Shown in pieces: positions 13,689-27,270 of a stretch of DNA of 64,000 bases. The DNA comes from Vicugna vicugna (taxonomy: Eukaryota). Made by a program: the position numbers and the translations under genes. The stretch covers positions 310,001 to 374,000 of the forward strand of contig MU058451.1 of NCBI GenBank assembly GCA_013265495.1, written 5' to 3'. The notes beneath the pieces are model-generated. The model was not told the origin of the DNA. It searched no databases and was given only the letters and a program-made list of their open reading frames with translations. The stretch's first letter is position 1, and the number at the start of each line of letters is the position of its first letter.

Positions 13689-14111
13689 TGTGGAAGACTA
13701 ATGATGGCAATGAACTCTTTGATACTCCTCCCACTGAAAAATGAAGTTTAACTGCCCTTCCCTTGAAACTGGAGTGGCTTTAATGATTGACTGGACCGAA
13801 AGGTGGCAGAAGTGATATTCTGGGGCTTTGGAGCCTTGAATCTCCAGCCTGAAACCCTTTGTCTTACAATCTGGAAGCCACTGTACTGTAAGTAAACCAA
13901 ACCTCACCATGTGAAGAGGCCATATAAAAAAGAGATGCCCAGCCAGCTCCATGCTGTGCTAGCCCATAACAGTTTCTCATCATCCCAGCTGAGACTCCAG
14001 ACGTCGCAGAGCAGACACAAGCCATCCCTGCCATGCCCTGTCCAAATTCCTAATCCACAGAATGATGAGAAAATAATAAATTATCGTTTTAAGTAACAGA
14101 TAACCAGAATA
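13689..14111 (+). mobile_element. MaLR solo LTR (MLT1, MLT1H-like)
   Basis: Starts tgtggaagactaatgatggcaatgaactctttgatactcctcccactga. Contains ccatgtgaagaggcc and gcagagacaagccatcc-like motifs. Ends taataaattatcgttttaag...agataaccagaata. Confidence 0.85.
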
Positions 14112-15205
14112 AAAACTAATCCCTTTTTAATAAATACTAATAAGGACTTTAAAGCAAAAATTAAAATGTCTCAGGCAGACTAGCTGTAAATCAGAACGAC
14201 ATCAGACACAAAAGAGGATTATGATGCATAAAGATAAATATAAATCTATTCACTCACTTATCCAGTAAATATTTATAATACCAGGATCTGTAAACAAGGA
14301 TATACACAGGCTCTGGAGATGATTGGAAAAAAAAAAAAAAAAGCCCAGACTTCAAGGAGCTTAGAAAGTATTATGTATCTAGTGTCTCCCTGTGTTATTT
14401 TTTATTGTTCTGCACAAAAAATAACAGAATGAACAATTCAGATCAAATCAAAATGCAGACGGATCTCATAAAGTGACCCAGGATTTGAGTTCCTCTGTGA
14501 GAAGGAAGTGAAGATGGAATCCAAACCCCACAAAAGGTCATTTGTAGTATCTAAACATGCTTAACTGTAGCACAATCGAATGCTGGGGTTCTCACTTTAG
14601 ACTATAAATTCAAGGCATGCGTAACTAATCCTTTTTATTTTTTCTTCATAAAGTATCAGGTTAAAGAAACTTTTAAAGATATGATTACAAATAGGCCGAG
14701 CAGACCTTTGCTGCTTTAGTGCAGTCAAGGTCTGGGCACCCAGAACGGGCCAAGCAAGTAAGGTCAGCAGCGAGCTGCTGTTTTAACAAGATTTATTTCT
14801 GTCTAGGTGTGTGACAGTTTAAACAAACAGACTTACTATATTCCAGTGACTAAAATAATTTTAACTGCCTCTTTTATTAAAGCATAGACAATTTAACCTT
14901 TCATAATATTATTCTCCGGATTCTAAAATTATTCACACTTTTCCTATTTGCAGTGTTTCTCTATTCAAATTTCACATGAAGTCAAAAAGAACACAAATAG
15001 AGAAAATTTTTCTCTCAGGCATTTTTAAATACAGGAAAACGTTTGATCTCACACTGTAAAAGAATAAAATGGTAAATAAGTATGCTCATGGCCTCTTGGG
15101 CAAGAGACCACACAGTATGTCTCAAAATCACCAGCACCTAGTACAAGGCCTCTGCACAAAGTACTCGGCAAATGTGTGTTGACTGATAACACGTTTATTT
15201 CTTAC

Positions 15206-15264
15206 TCATTTTTCAAGTGTGGCCAATAAAAATAAGCAGTGCTATTTTCTGTCTTAGTAAGTAC
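15206..15264 (-). other. Candidate 59-nt exon (UTR, poison or start-codon-bearing)
   Basis: Acceptor ccttttttctttgcctcag and donor TGA/gtaaga. Only the phase-0 frame (VLTKTENSTAYFYWPHLKN) is open. Ends in AAAATGA. Confidence 0.4.
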
Positions 15265-15739
15265 CTGAGGCAAAGAAAAAAGGATAACATTTTCAAAAGC
15301 GGTCATCGAGAAATATATCTTCTCATTCTTTTTCTCCAAAACATTGGGGGGGAGGGAGTTAACAAATTCTCCATGCTCTAAATGCCAAAACAGTAAATAA
15401 AGATCAGTAGCAATAAAACAGGAACCCAAATTATAAACGGCCTTGGTTTATCTTTGCTCTCATAATTTCAGTTTTAGCACATTACATGGTAATTTGTCAG
15501 AATTTTTTTAAAACATGACACAGAAGAAAAAAAATTCTCATTACTAAAAAGTAACTCATCAATATTTTATCTAAAATATACTATAAAAGTCAAAACAGAG
15601 TCCTGAACAATAACATAATTAGGAACTTAAAAATGATAATACTAACATTGCATTATAGAAAGCAATCTGGGAGGAAGATATACAAGAGTATCTGACAACA
15701 GGTAGCTGGTTGTCCCCGCTTCCAGACTGGTCTGAGGCC

Positions 15740-15875
15740 AGCACAGCGTTGGAGCGCGGGTCAGGGGACCTGGCCGTCTGGTCTCCGGGTAAGACCCAAG
15801 GCCAGTCACTTATCTCTAGGTCTCAGTTTCCTCAATGACAAAAAGAGAGAGTGGCACAATTATCTGCTTCAACTC
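15740..15875 (+). mobile_element. MIR SINE (degenerate)
   Basis: gtcaggggacctgg...aaggccagtcacttatctctaggtctcagtttcctcaatgacaaaaag. Confidence 0.65.
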
Positions 15876-18800
15876 TAAAAAAGTCTACCCACCTCAAATA
15901 TAGAGCCATTAGTCCAAATAAATAAAGCTTTAAAACACTTGCATCTTCCACTTGCTGAGGCACAATTATTTCCCTAATCTTACAGATAATCTACAGATAG
16001 ATTCTTTTCCTCTTATTTTATCTTTACGATGATTCTGGGAGGAAATACAGACTGAGTCTGTAATTATTACGTGCCTTAAGCAAATGTCAAGAGGGAGCCT
16101 CAGTGAGGTTATGTGATTTGATTAAAGTCATTCAGCCGAAAAAGACTAGAAATCAGATCGACTGGCCTCTGGCTCAGTGCTCAAATTTCCAGAAAAGCCA
16201 CTTTTAAATCCATGAGAATGAAAAAATAAATTATATACTAGTAAAGAGGGAAAAAATAACATGGTGTTATTTTTAAATGGCTACACTGCTTCTTTAAATC
16301 ACAATGTCACGTCTTAAATTCCCTAAGATGATACAATTTTAGGCCTTTATGTTTCAAAATATTTTCAGGGTTCCTGGAATAAGAAAATCCCAGTAGCTTA
16401 AACATGTAATAAAAATATCACCACATATCGGTCTCATAAATTGATGTATATTCCTTGACAAAAGGGTGTCTGTAATAAAACAAGTTTTGGAATATTTGTA
16501 GATTTAACAACACACAGAAGCTTTTTAGCTTATCTGGCATTTTACAAAGTTGTTGATCAATATACATTTCACATTTTTGAAAAAACAGCAACTGACATTC
16601 TAACGCACGTTTGTTCCGATGAACCCCTCCTGGAAAATACTTCTGTAAATTTAAGAAACATATCCATTTGCTAAATAAAACACAAAATTACTACAGCCTT
16701 TCCTTACTTCCCAAGCACACTTATTTTCTGGGAAAAAAATGAAGTATCTTAAAACTTGTTACAGTGGCAGTGTTTCTTTTTATTTTTCCTGAAAAGTTGC
16801 TAGTCTAATATTATATTTAGAATCAAGAACAACTCCGAATAGAGAACTATGCCAAAAAATCTTCTCATAATCTTAAAATACACTCTCAGTGACACAAATA
16901 ACATCATATTAACAGGTTTCCTCCAACTGTCACACTAAATCAAACACCCGGAACTGATACTAAGGAATATGAGAGGAGACCGCACTTCAGATGGAAGTGT
17001 ATTCGCAAAGACAGATAATGGGGGTTGGGGGGTGTTCATCAGAGAAATAACATTTGAATCAATGTTGAACTATTATAGGGATTTGTGCCAAAAATAGAGA
17101 GCGAGCAATTATGGGTAAGGATGAGCCAAATTACCTTCCCATTAAGCCCAGTTAACCTACCAGCAACATGGAAGTAACTCTAAGCATAGGTTTTGCCCTA
17201 TTTATAAAACAGTAAACTCTGAGGCAAAAGTTAATTAGCTCATCTCAATTTATCTTATGCTCATGATTTTATAACACTAGCTGATTTTATTTAATTCCCA
17301 AAGGGATCAGGCTCTTTTAACCCTTCCTCCAGATAACTATGAGTTCCCTAATACAAATTAACCAAGCACATCTTTTTTTACTTCCATCTAATAGTGTTTA
17401 GCAAGTCCAAAAATACTTTCAAATGCTTCTGAAAATGTAAGGCAGCTTAGAAACTTGAGCTGTTTTTAGTAATGGTATTTTAAAAGTGGTATAACTTACC
17501 ACTCCAAGCAAAGAGGTATGACTTGTCACTGGTAATAGTGTGACATGGGACAGTGAAAAGAGCTATTTTGAGAAAATAAGAGATTATGGGTTCTAGTCTC
17601 AAACCTCATCCTTCCCCTCACGTGTACGAAACGTAATGCTTACGTAATTCACAAATCAAATTTCGGTTTAAAAATGAAAGAAATTATAGCAGAATACGTT
17701 ATGTATCTGTTTTTAAAGGTACATGGAAAAACTATTTTTAGAAATAGAAGCCGTCAATGTTGCCTAGAAGATTTTAGATATTTCAGTTCTCCTTAGTCCT
17801 TAAAGAGACACAGGTTTCTCTACTCCCCCCTCTCTTATATCCATTTTAAGAATTTAGAAAGTAATTCTGTTCAGCAGGCCATAAACAGTTCTCAGATACG
17901 GGGTAAACTTCAAAAGCCACGTCCTTGTCCACAAATACATGAACAAGTCATGTTTTAAAATAAAGCACAGAATACCACAAAAAGACACAGAAAGGCATCA
18001 CAGTATATAGTATGTTCAGCAACCTACAGTTATCCTATTTTTGGCTATGGAGTAAATAAAAGTCACCTTTGTGCAAATGACTTTAGCCTTCAAGTGCTAG
18101 GTTAAGGATTAACACACATCTAAACCCACTTCAGAAATAATAATAAACAGCATTTTTTGGAAGGCCACATTAAAAAGATGAAAGTACCCAAACTCCATGG
18201 CCTAACAAGCCTGTGAGAGAAAGAACTAAGTCAGCCTGCACTCTGCAGGGCGCCAACTGGAACAAAAACGCAGAAGCATTTACTCGCCTTCAGTTCATCT
18301 CAAGGAAAACACTAGCAAGTGAGGGTCCTGAAATGCTCTTTAAATATGGAACCAAGCAACCTTTATTTCCTAAATGTAAAATATAATTTTAAAAAAGTAA
18401 GTCTAATGGAAAAATCGACATCTGAACCTATTTTTCATCACTCGTTGAGCTTCTTTTTTGAAAACACTGGAATTGTAGCGTTACAGGTGTGAGGAAGACC
18501 ACTGTCCGCCACAGCTGCCTTCTAACTTTGAGGAGCAGCCGTTTCCCATGGGTGTGCCTCCTCAGGCCGAGGACAGAAACGCGGCTCTGGTCTGTAATCA
18601 GTGCTCTCCAGAGGACGTTTCCTTCTTCAAGTCAACAGCCCTCTTACCTAAGAGGAGGGCAGAGATGATAAACCCTGTGGACTGACGCTACTCACTCCTA
18701 GTTGTTGGAGCCTTTCCGTCCAACTGAATGCCCCCAGTGTCCAACAAGTTCAGTAAGAGACTGCAGGGGAGAAAAGCAGTGGAGTGCTAAAGAAGACAGG

Positions 18801-20919
18801 GCCTGGTGCCTCACTTCTTGATTACATATCTTACAGAAATCAGATTATTTAATACTGGCTATAAAGCACTGATCATCTAGCTTGTTGATAATACGAAAGT
18901 CCTTCCACCTGGTATTTTTTTCCCACTTTTATGTTGGCTATTTCTTTGGGCATTCAACACCGCCAAGGAAAAGAAAGGGTTGAGAAAATGAGGTCAAATT
19001 CCAATCTATGAATTTAATTCCCAGCAAAAGCACTTAAAAAACAAAACAAATAGAATAACCTCTTAGAGACTTAAAATACAGTAAAACACTAAAAGTAGTT
19101 GTGTAAGGATGGTGCCATTTGTGGGTAAATTCTTTAATGTCCACACCTTCTAAATTATAACCATATTTAAACCAAAATAGTGAAAGAATTGCTGAGAGTG
19201 TAAGTTAAAATTAATGATTTCAAATATTTTCAGTATCCTGAGTTTATTTTTTGTAAGACAAAGGGGAAGCTGCCGATGCAGCTTGACAATGTAAACAAAT
19301 ACAAAAATATCTCCTAATTATTCCCTTCTTCACTGTCTATGTGAAGGAAGGGAAAGGAATAAAGGAAATGAAAGCCATGAGTTCACACTCACAAACCAAA
19401 ACCACAAGAAAAATAATCTAAAACCAGACTATAGGAGGCACGAGAAAAGCAAGATTGTACACAAGAAGTGATTTTGCAACACTAACAGGGTAAAACCCAC
19501 ATTCCTGCCACAAGCCTCGTGCTTTCAAACAGGCCACACAGCTGGCGGTCTTGAAAGCATTCCAGATAGGAACCAAGATAGTAAGAAAAATCAGTAGGTC
19601 TCAGGACTGAACAGAGCCCTCATCTGATTCTGTTGAAACACTGCCCTGCTGGGGTCTAGTATGATGGGAGCCAGAAACCCAGTTAAACAGATGATTATAA
19701 CTTACACAGAAAAATCCGAAAGAAACATTCCTTTGAATGTGGGCCTCTTTAGTTAATAATGAACTGTCCGAAGTATTGAAAAAATGCTTTCTAGAGAGAG
19801 TCACCCATGTGATGCATAATATGGGGGAATGCTTCAAAGATCCTCCAGAGGTACGCTTGGGGCAAAATCTACGCTGGGTAAACTAGGCTGGTGTGACGAC
19901 TGAAGGTCCAGCTTCCTCTGGAAGTCAAAGCACCATGTGGTTGAAAAGAAGGACTTACAGGATTTGGAGACTGAACCTGGTTTACAAGCTCAAGGGCTGT
20001 TTAATGAGCTGTTTTAAAGGGACCACATTTTCACCAAGCCCTGGGAGTGTCCCCTATGAAACTACCTTGACCAGCTCCAAGAAGACCGACATCTTCCTAC
20101 ACAACTCCCAAACGCTTTATCTCAGCTGCCACAGAACTCTCTAAAGCAGCACTCTGGTTTTGTTTTCAGAATATTCAAGAAATTACTCATCCAAGAGATC
20201 TGGAGTGGACACCTAAGAGCTGGCTGTGCCACACGGCTGTCCTTCACCAAACAGGAAGTAAAACAGCATTCTTTCCTATGAGGCTTGACATTTTCTATTG
20301 TTACCAGGAATACTTTTCTGTTTTTTTAAGCTAGAATATATTCTGTAAATAAGCTTCTTAAATAATGTTTTCCTCTAAGTTAAAAAATACAGCTTTGAGA
20401 AGAGGATAAAATGAACAAGTGAATAAATCTATCCACAAATTGCCAGTAACTTCATTTCATCACATCACCTAAATATAGTCCTAAGAAAACGGTCACGTTT
20501 TCCATTAAATACACGTACACTGATACCAGTTTTGTTCTTACTGACATCTGCTTCTTTCAACAAAGTCACGTCTCTAGATCTTAGTCAAGACTATTAATAT
20601 GAGTTGATGCCTATTATAAAGATTCAGTGATACTTAAGATAAACAGTAGTGATTATAATACAAATGGACTAGATAATGTTATGAGTTTCCTTTTCACTTA
20701 GAAAGCAATATTCATTCCAAATACAAAAAACTGTTTATTTCCATAAGCAAGATACCAATTACTGTGTGATAATAAACAATACTGTCAGAGCAATAAGAGC
20801 ACTTACGGGTATTATTCAAAATGTTAGATCCAATATTTGAATTTAAATAAAGTTTTTCCTCTAGTATCTTCTGAGGATATCATGACTGAGAGATATTAAA
20901 CCATAGTAAAATTTGTGTA

Positions 20920-21135
20920 AGTTTTGGAAACCAACAGATCATAGTTCAAATACTGACTTCTGCCATTTATTGTATGTATGATCCTAAGTTAATTAACCTC
21001 TCTTTGCCTTAGTTTCTTCATCTGTAAAATGGGAATAATATACACCATCCTGCATTTTTAAGAGTTTAAGAAAACACATGTAACGCACATATGGAAGCGT
21101 TTGGTCCACAGTAGGCGCTGGATAATTATAGTAAT
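20920..21135 (+). mobile_element. MIR SINE
   Basis: gttcaaatactgacttctgccatttattgtatgtatgatcctaagttaattaacctctctttgccttagtttcttcatctgtaaaatgggaataata. Confidence 0.88.
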
Positions 21136-21479
21136 TACTATAATCATTACTGAAGTTGCAGAGACTAACCAACTAATTCCTAATAATAGCCGCAAAAAGT
21201 GAAGTGTTCAGGACCCTCAGAAATATTTCAAAGAATTTGTTTTAAAGATGTTTTTAGACTTGAACTTCTAGGTTCCACAAGTGCAGATAACATCCCCGTC
21301 ATCAGGCTGTGTCATAAGGCTCTTTTATTAGGTACTTTCTTGACGTTAGTGAGAGGCAAGCTGGTATCCCATCATTACATGAAACCCTACGACTGCCAAA
21401 TACTGAGTCAGATTTAACTAATACATAAACTGCTCACACTATGCTAAACACTCTGGGAGGCTGCATCAAATTTTTCAAC

Positions 21480-21730
21480 AGCTAGTCAGTGAGTATTTAT
21501 TGAGTCCACTGTGTATACAGTTGTGTGCTGCCAACTTGGCACACACATCAGTGATTAACATAATCCCTGCCCTCAAAGAGTTTACCATCTATAGGAAACA
21601 AACAAAAGAGAAATTAATGAAAAATATAGGAAAATACACTATTATACTGAACAATTGGCTAAAGATGGTTATACAGAGTGACTGGTGGATAACTGATGTT
21701 AATGAGAAAAGCTTCTTTGAGTTGGTCAGC
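21480..21730 (-). mobile_element. LINE-2 3' fragment
   Basis: agtatttattgagtccactgtgtatacag...atccctgccctcaaagagtttaccatcta. Confidence 0.7.
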
Positions 21731-23109
21731 TTTGTTATGTTTTTAAAAACAGGAGAGAATATAATGGATGACTAATAGATGAGAAGCGGTTATAAATATA
21801 AAATTGCAATTTGGACACTGAATGCAGCAACAGTAAGAAAGCTTATCAAAGTAAGATAAAACCTAAGTAATTACCACAATGAAAAGCAAAATCATCTGGG
21901 GTAGAAAAAGAATAAAATTAGCCAACTTTCAAAACATTACTGATGAGAGTGATAACCTGATCTGGAAATTTAATAAAATTTAAAAATGAGTATTTGATAC
22001 ATTCATTCCTTTGCTCATTATTCAACCTAGGGAGAAAAATCTTTGCCTAGAGAAACTTAAATTTATTACCAGGACCAAGTTTCTGTAAAACTATGGGTAA
22101 ATCAAACTGCTGATTATATGGTTATAATATTGCCTAACTCAATATTGCCTACCAAGGTATCTTTCTGTCATTCTGTGTGAGTCTGTGAGTGGAACGTTCA
22201 GATTTTCTAGGGAAAACACTTCAAAACAAACCCCAAAAAGGGCAAAATTATAAAGAATAAAATGGGTATGTACACACAAAGGTTCAAATATTACATGGCA
22301 AGTTAATGGTGTTCCCAGGACAATCCTGATCTTCAGTGCGGACGAGCAACTTTCCGTGAGCAGTTCAGGGTCCCACTTCCCAGGCCTAGACCCTCACAGT
22401 GAGGGTCTATGACTGGTCCTAAACACCACCCTACTCAGCTCTGCAACTCTTTTTTCTCCCCCTCTCCGAATCTGTCTTAAAAAATAAAGTACTCCACTTT
22501 TTCAAGATTGACATGCATATGCCGAAGATACATATTCTTTGGACAAAACCGATCAAGTAAGCTAGTGATTACTGCACTTCACATTTCTGTGTCTTCTCCA
22601 TCTTATCAATATGTATGTTACCTAACTTCAAAAGGATATGCTGAGGTCTATTTTGTCAATCTGCATCCAAAATCTAGTGCAAACTTTCATTCGCTTATTC
22701 CCTATGAACTTATCAAGCACCAGGTGCTAGAGGGTATTAACATTATCCTTACCCTTAAGAGATGTACCTTACAGATCAACAATCTCTATAAGAAAATTAA
22801 AACCTTTTCTTACTCAACCCAAGAAGATTCTGCTATCCCTGGAACTTGTTAGAGATGTGAGAATAGGTCCTGTTTCCAAACTTAACCTCATATCCGGAGC
22901 AGCTCTTTCAAATCATGTCTGTTCTACCTGTCTCCCTTGAATGAAGCTACTATTCACTCTGTTCTTTTTAGATTTTCCTCTCTAAGATAATAAACAAATG
23001 TTCATTCTGGAAAACAGAGAGCAGTAGAAAACCGAGAGAAATTAAGTTCACTACCGCCCCACATACTGCTGAAGTACCTTTTGTTACTAGTTTAAAAGTT
23101 TAGCTAATA

Positions 23110-23600
23110 TTTTCATTTAGTTTATCTCTTTCACGTGTTTTTTATCTGTATCTTTACACATGATTAAATATAACTCTATATAACAATTTCCCACTCTGCT
23201 GTTTTTCCCTTACTGTAATTGTTATAACATCATTTACTTAACCATTTCTTCCCCGTTTAACAGCACTGTTTCCATTGTTTCCCTGTTTAGAAACTGTATG
23301 ATGGGAATCTCTGCACATAAATTTCATCTGGATACACAGCTATTTCCTTAAGACAAGAGTATCAGGAGTGGCATTCCTATGTCAAAAGATATGACTGATG
23401 GTAAAGCTCCTGATATATGAAGCCAGTGATTTTCAGAAAATACCAATTCATACCACAAACTAGTAGTTCATGAAAATGCTCTTTAATCACAAACTCATTA
23501 ACAAAGGGCAGACTCTCTTTCATTCATTCCTTCACTTTACTAAATTGATAGGTAAGAAACAACATCTTACTGCAGTTTTTGCTTGTATTTTTTATTTAAG
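23110..23600 (-). mobile_element. Ancient L1 (L1ME-like) fragment
   Basis: tttacttaaccattt...tatttccttaagacaagagtatcaggagtggcattcctatgtcaaaagatatg...ttgataggtaagaaacaacatcttactgcagtttt. Confidence 0.65.
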
Positions 23601-25491
23601 AATATACTATTTTTCATAGAGGCTAAAATGAGACTTGGATTTCTCCTAGGATCTTTGACATGGGGGGCCCAGTAACTTGGTCTGGTCTTTCTGGCCAGAG
23701 CTTAGTCACCTCCACTTCATCATCTCCTAAATGGCGGCCATTACCACCAGCATCCTTAGCAGCAGACTGCTCTCCCCAGGACACGCCTACACCCCAGTGG
23801 CAGACAGCTCAAATGGAGCCACCAGAAAACCAGCCTGGACTAGTCTTTACTCCCCCATAACTAGCAAGACAAGCCAAAAACACTGGATTAAGATTTTGCA
23901 GATTTCCTCAGAAACTCCCACTGTTCTTAATACTTTTCAAAACCCTTCCTAACGCCCACGGCATGGCTGAGCACAGTACCACTTCCAAGAAGCCTAGTAC
24001 TTACAACACAAACTGTGAGCCTGTGCATATCATGCATGTGAAATACACAGAGAACCTTAGTAATCAAGTTACTACCGGATACGTACATGTCAACCTGTGT
24101 CTGTATGTGTATAAAGTACACATGCTTTTATCCCTATTACCTAAGTTTTCCCACATACATGCGAAAAGATAAAGGCATTTTACTGCTACTTGTTCAAAAT
24201 AGTGATGGCAATAAAAATACAAATAAAGTCATGGAAGACTGACCTTCCACTACAGAGAAGTGGCTGGGGGAGAGTTCAAGTGTTGTGATCCTAGGATCAT
24301 AAAGAGAACTAAAGTCATCTGTAACATGGAAGGTTCAGGTGAGGAAAACTGGCATTAAGTTTTTCATTTCTTATGTTACTTACATACGATGAATCATAAA
24401 GATTGTTGGTCATAGCCTTTGTGATCTAATAGTGAAGATTTTAAACCCAAAAGCTAATCAGGTGCCGTTCTCTGTTATACAGATTTACTGCTAAACACAC
24501 TGGAGGCTGTAAGGTATTTTCCCAACAGCCAGGATCTTCCACACGCACAAAGGTGGAGTAAGAGAGGTAACCAAGTATTTAGTCTTCAATGGTTTTAAAC
24601 TTTGAAATAAACTTTTTGGTGGTAGTCCATAAACTCAACACTGACTTACAAAAGGAAGGAATGGCCTTCCAAAAATAAAAGGCCTCAGCTACCTTACTGT
24701 GATTCTAATAAATAACTCATTTACTAGGTTTCTCTAGAGACGGCACTCTTGTATAGGACAATCAATAACTCAGTCCTGTCCTGAGAGCTCTTTTCCAGCA
24801 ACTAACCCACTTCATCGCCTTTGCTTAAGCTTTCCTTGCCTCACTTCAAACTTTTCCATTCCTACTTCAAGATTACAGCCTTGAAGTTTGCTCAAGGAGA
24901 GCAACACATTCCGCTCTGTGTCATCTCTTACAGCACAAGCGCACATGAGCCGTCTCCAGATGAACAGCAACCTTGCCGTCCGCTCATTCACATGTTGAAT
25001 ATTATACCTGAAACCAACAGTAGAAGAATACTCAACAGAAAGCAAGACTGCAGTATGTCTCCTCTCCTCATGAATCTTTACCCTGAAATTCTTAGAAGAG
25101 CCATTCAAATATTGCCCAAAAGATACTTCAAAGCTTAACTACCAAACTGCCTCACCTGACTGTATTCCACAGATAATTGATTCGTAAAATTCTTCAACCC
25201 ATTCTCTATTATAACAATAATTTAAAAAAATAATGGCATCCATCACAACACTGACTGACAAAGTTAATTCAGTTAAAAGCCAACCAGTTAAACAGAGCAG
25301 CAGTACAATCCGGCAATATGACTGTGTTTACGACTAACCAGAACACTCCAGCTAAAGCAAACCCACTAAACCACAGAAAGAAATCCATGTGAATTTCCAA
25401 AGTCATTTTTGACCTTACTATAGAAAGCAATCATACAGTAGATAATATGACTAAACACTGATGTATTAAAAGAGTTTAAAGAACAGAATAA

Positions 25492-25528
25492 GATAGATAG
25501 GTAGGTAGGTAGGTAGATAGGTAGGTAG
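25492..25528. repeat. Compound (AGAT)n/(AGGT)n microsatellite
   Basis: gatagataggtaggtaggtaggtagataggtaggtag. Confidence 0.9.
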
Positions 25529-26419
25529 GGGTTTAAAGCTGCATTACCTACCAAGTGCTTCCAACAATCCCCGGTGCTTCGGGAGACAGCATTTTAATGA
25601 ACTAAGTACATGCATCCCGTAGGCTCAACCCACATTTCCTGATTTCTATGACAAAGATTGTCATTAACCTACCAAGATCACCAGGAATGCTGTACCAATG
25701 TGGCCACACTTAAGTAAACCTTTCATCTACTTGAGCAAAACAAAAACATTGTGAAACAGGTATGGCAGGTCATACGACTTAGCACTATTATACATCAGTT
25801 TCAGATGAGACCGCCTGACTAATCCGCGTACCTGAGACTCATGCAGGAAAGGCAAACACGTGTAACCTGCACAAACTGGGAAAAACAAGAACTAGTCAAT
25901 TCAAGTAATTCTTAGCAAAATAACTTTATTATGTAAACCATCCAATGAGTACAGTTCTAGATGAAGTCTGATAGATTACATGTAATTGCTATATTTTGAA
26001 TCAAAAAAAGACCTCGAGTTTCTAGTTATAAAGGTCCTCACTGAGTTATTCTACAAGACAATTTGTAAGTTTGTGACACACAAGTCTTCTTTGTAGACAT
26101 CATTTGTAACCTTGAGTCCTCCAATAAAGGTATTTACCATCTTAAATTCCTTTAAAATTTCCCTTACATAAAACTCTTAATGAAACAAGTGGTTTCTAGA
26201 ATATTTCACCTACTTATTATAGGAAAAACTTTATTAATATCAGTGACTACACAGCAATCAAGATTTGCTTATAAAGACAAGGCTGGTGTGGGGGGAACCT
26301 CAGTAATATTCAAGACCAGGCACACAACTACTAATCTTTATATACAGATAAGAATATACATTTCATGTAAAACATCTTTTCCATTTTAAAAATAACTTTT
26401 AATTTGCATTACTGGTATC

Positions 26420-27110
26420 AGACTAGATACCACCAGAATAAATAAAATTTAAAAGGGGAAAAGATTAATAGGACCAACAATACCACCATATGATGAGGGT
26501 GGGGAGCAACCAGAAACCCCATACGTTGCTGATGGGAGTGAAAACCTGTATGATTACTTGAAAAACTGATTGGCAGTACCTACTACAGCTTGACATATAT
26601 ATTCCCAAGACCCAGGATTTCAATCTTGGGTATATACCCAAGAGGAGTGAACATAAAACATGTATAAAACTAAAAACATGCAAAAGAATGCCTCATAGCA
26701 GCTTTATTCTTAATAATCAAAAATGGAAATGACCCAGATGTCCATCAACAAGATGAATACAACACTTTAATATAATCACACAATGAAACACTATACAGTC
26801 ATGAAAAAGAAGAAATAAACACTATGCCACAACATGGATGAACCTCACAGATGTAATGCTGAGGAAGAAAAACCTGACACCAGAGAATACACTCTATATG
26901 ATTCAACTTTTATAAATTTCAAGAACTGGTATAACTAGTAAAAGGGGACTCGATCTGTGGGGATGGAGATCAGAACAGTGGTCATTGTAGGGCGAATACT
27001 GTTGAGAGAAGGCACACAAGAGCCTCCTGGGGTGCTGGAAATATTTACTGAATTGACCTGGGTAGTATTCACAAAGGTGTATACATATTCACACATATAT
27101 AAAAACTCAC
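26420..27110 (+). mobile_element. Old L1 (L1M) 3' fragment
   Basis: gttgctgatgggagtgaaaacctgtatgattacttgaaaaactgattggcagtacctact...cagatgtccatcaaca...acaacatggatgaacctcacagatgtaatgctgag. Confidence 0.85.
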
Positions 27111-27119
27111 TTGAGTCAT

Positions 27120-27270
27120 ATTCCATCTTACCACTTTCTGGCTTCCTGACCTTTATAAGTTATTTAATTCCTCTAAACCTAACTTTTCCTCTATAGGATG
27201 GGGATAATACCTTTGACACAGGGTGGATATTAAGATTAAAAACATTCAAAAAATGGTAGTAACTATTATC
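27120..27270 (+). mobile_element. MIR fragment
   Basis: gacctttataagttatttaattcctctaaacctaacttttcctctataggatggggataatacc. Confidence 0.6.

Noticed and set aside
24812..25138. Overlapping antiparallel ORFs of 98 and 105 aa
   Set aside because: No recognisable homology, splice sites or promoter context.
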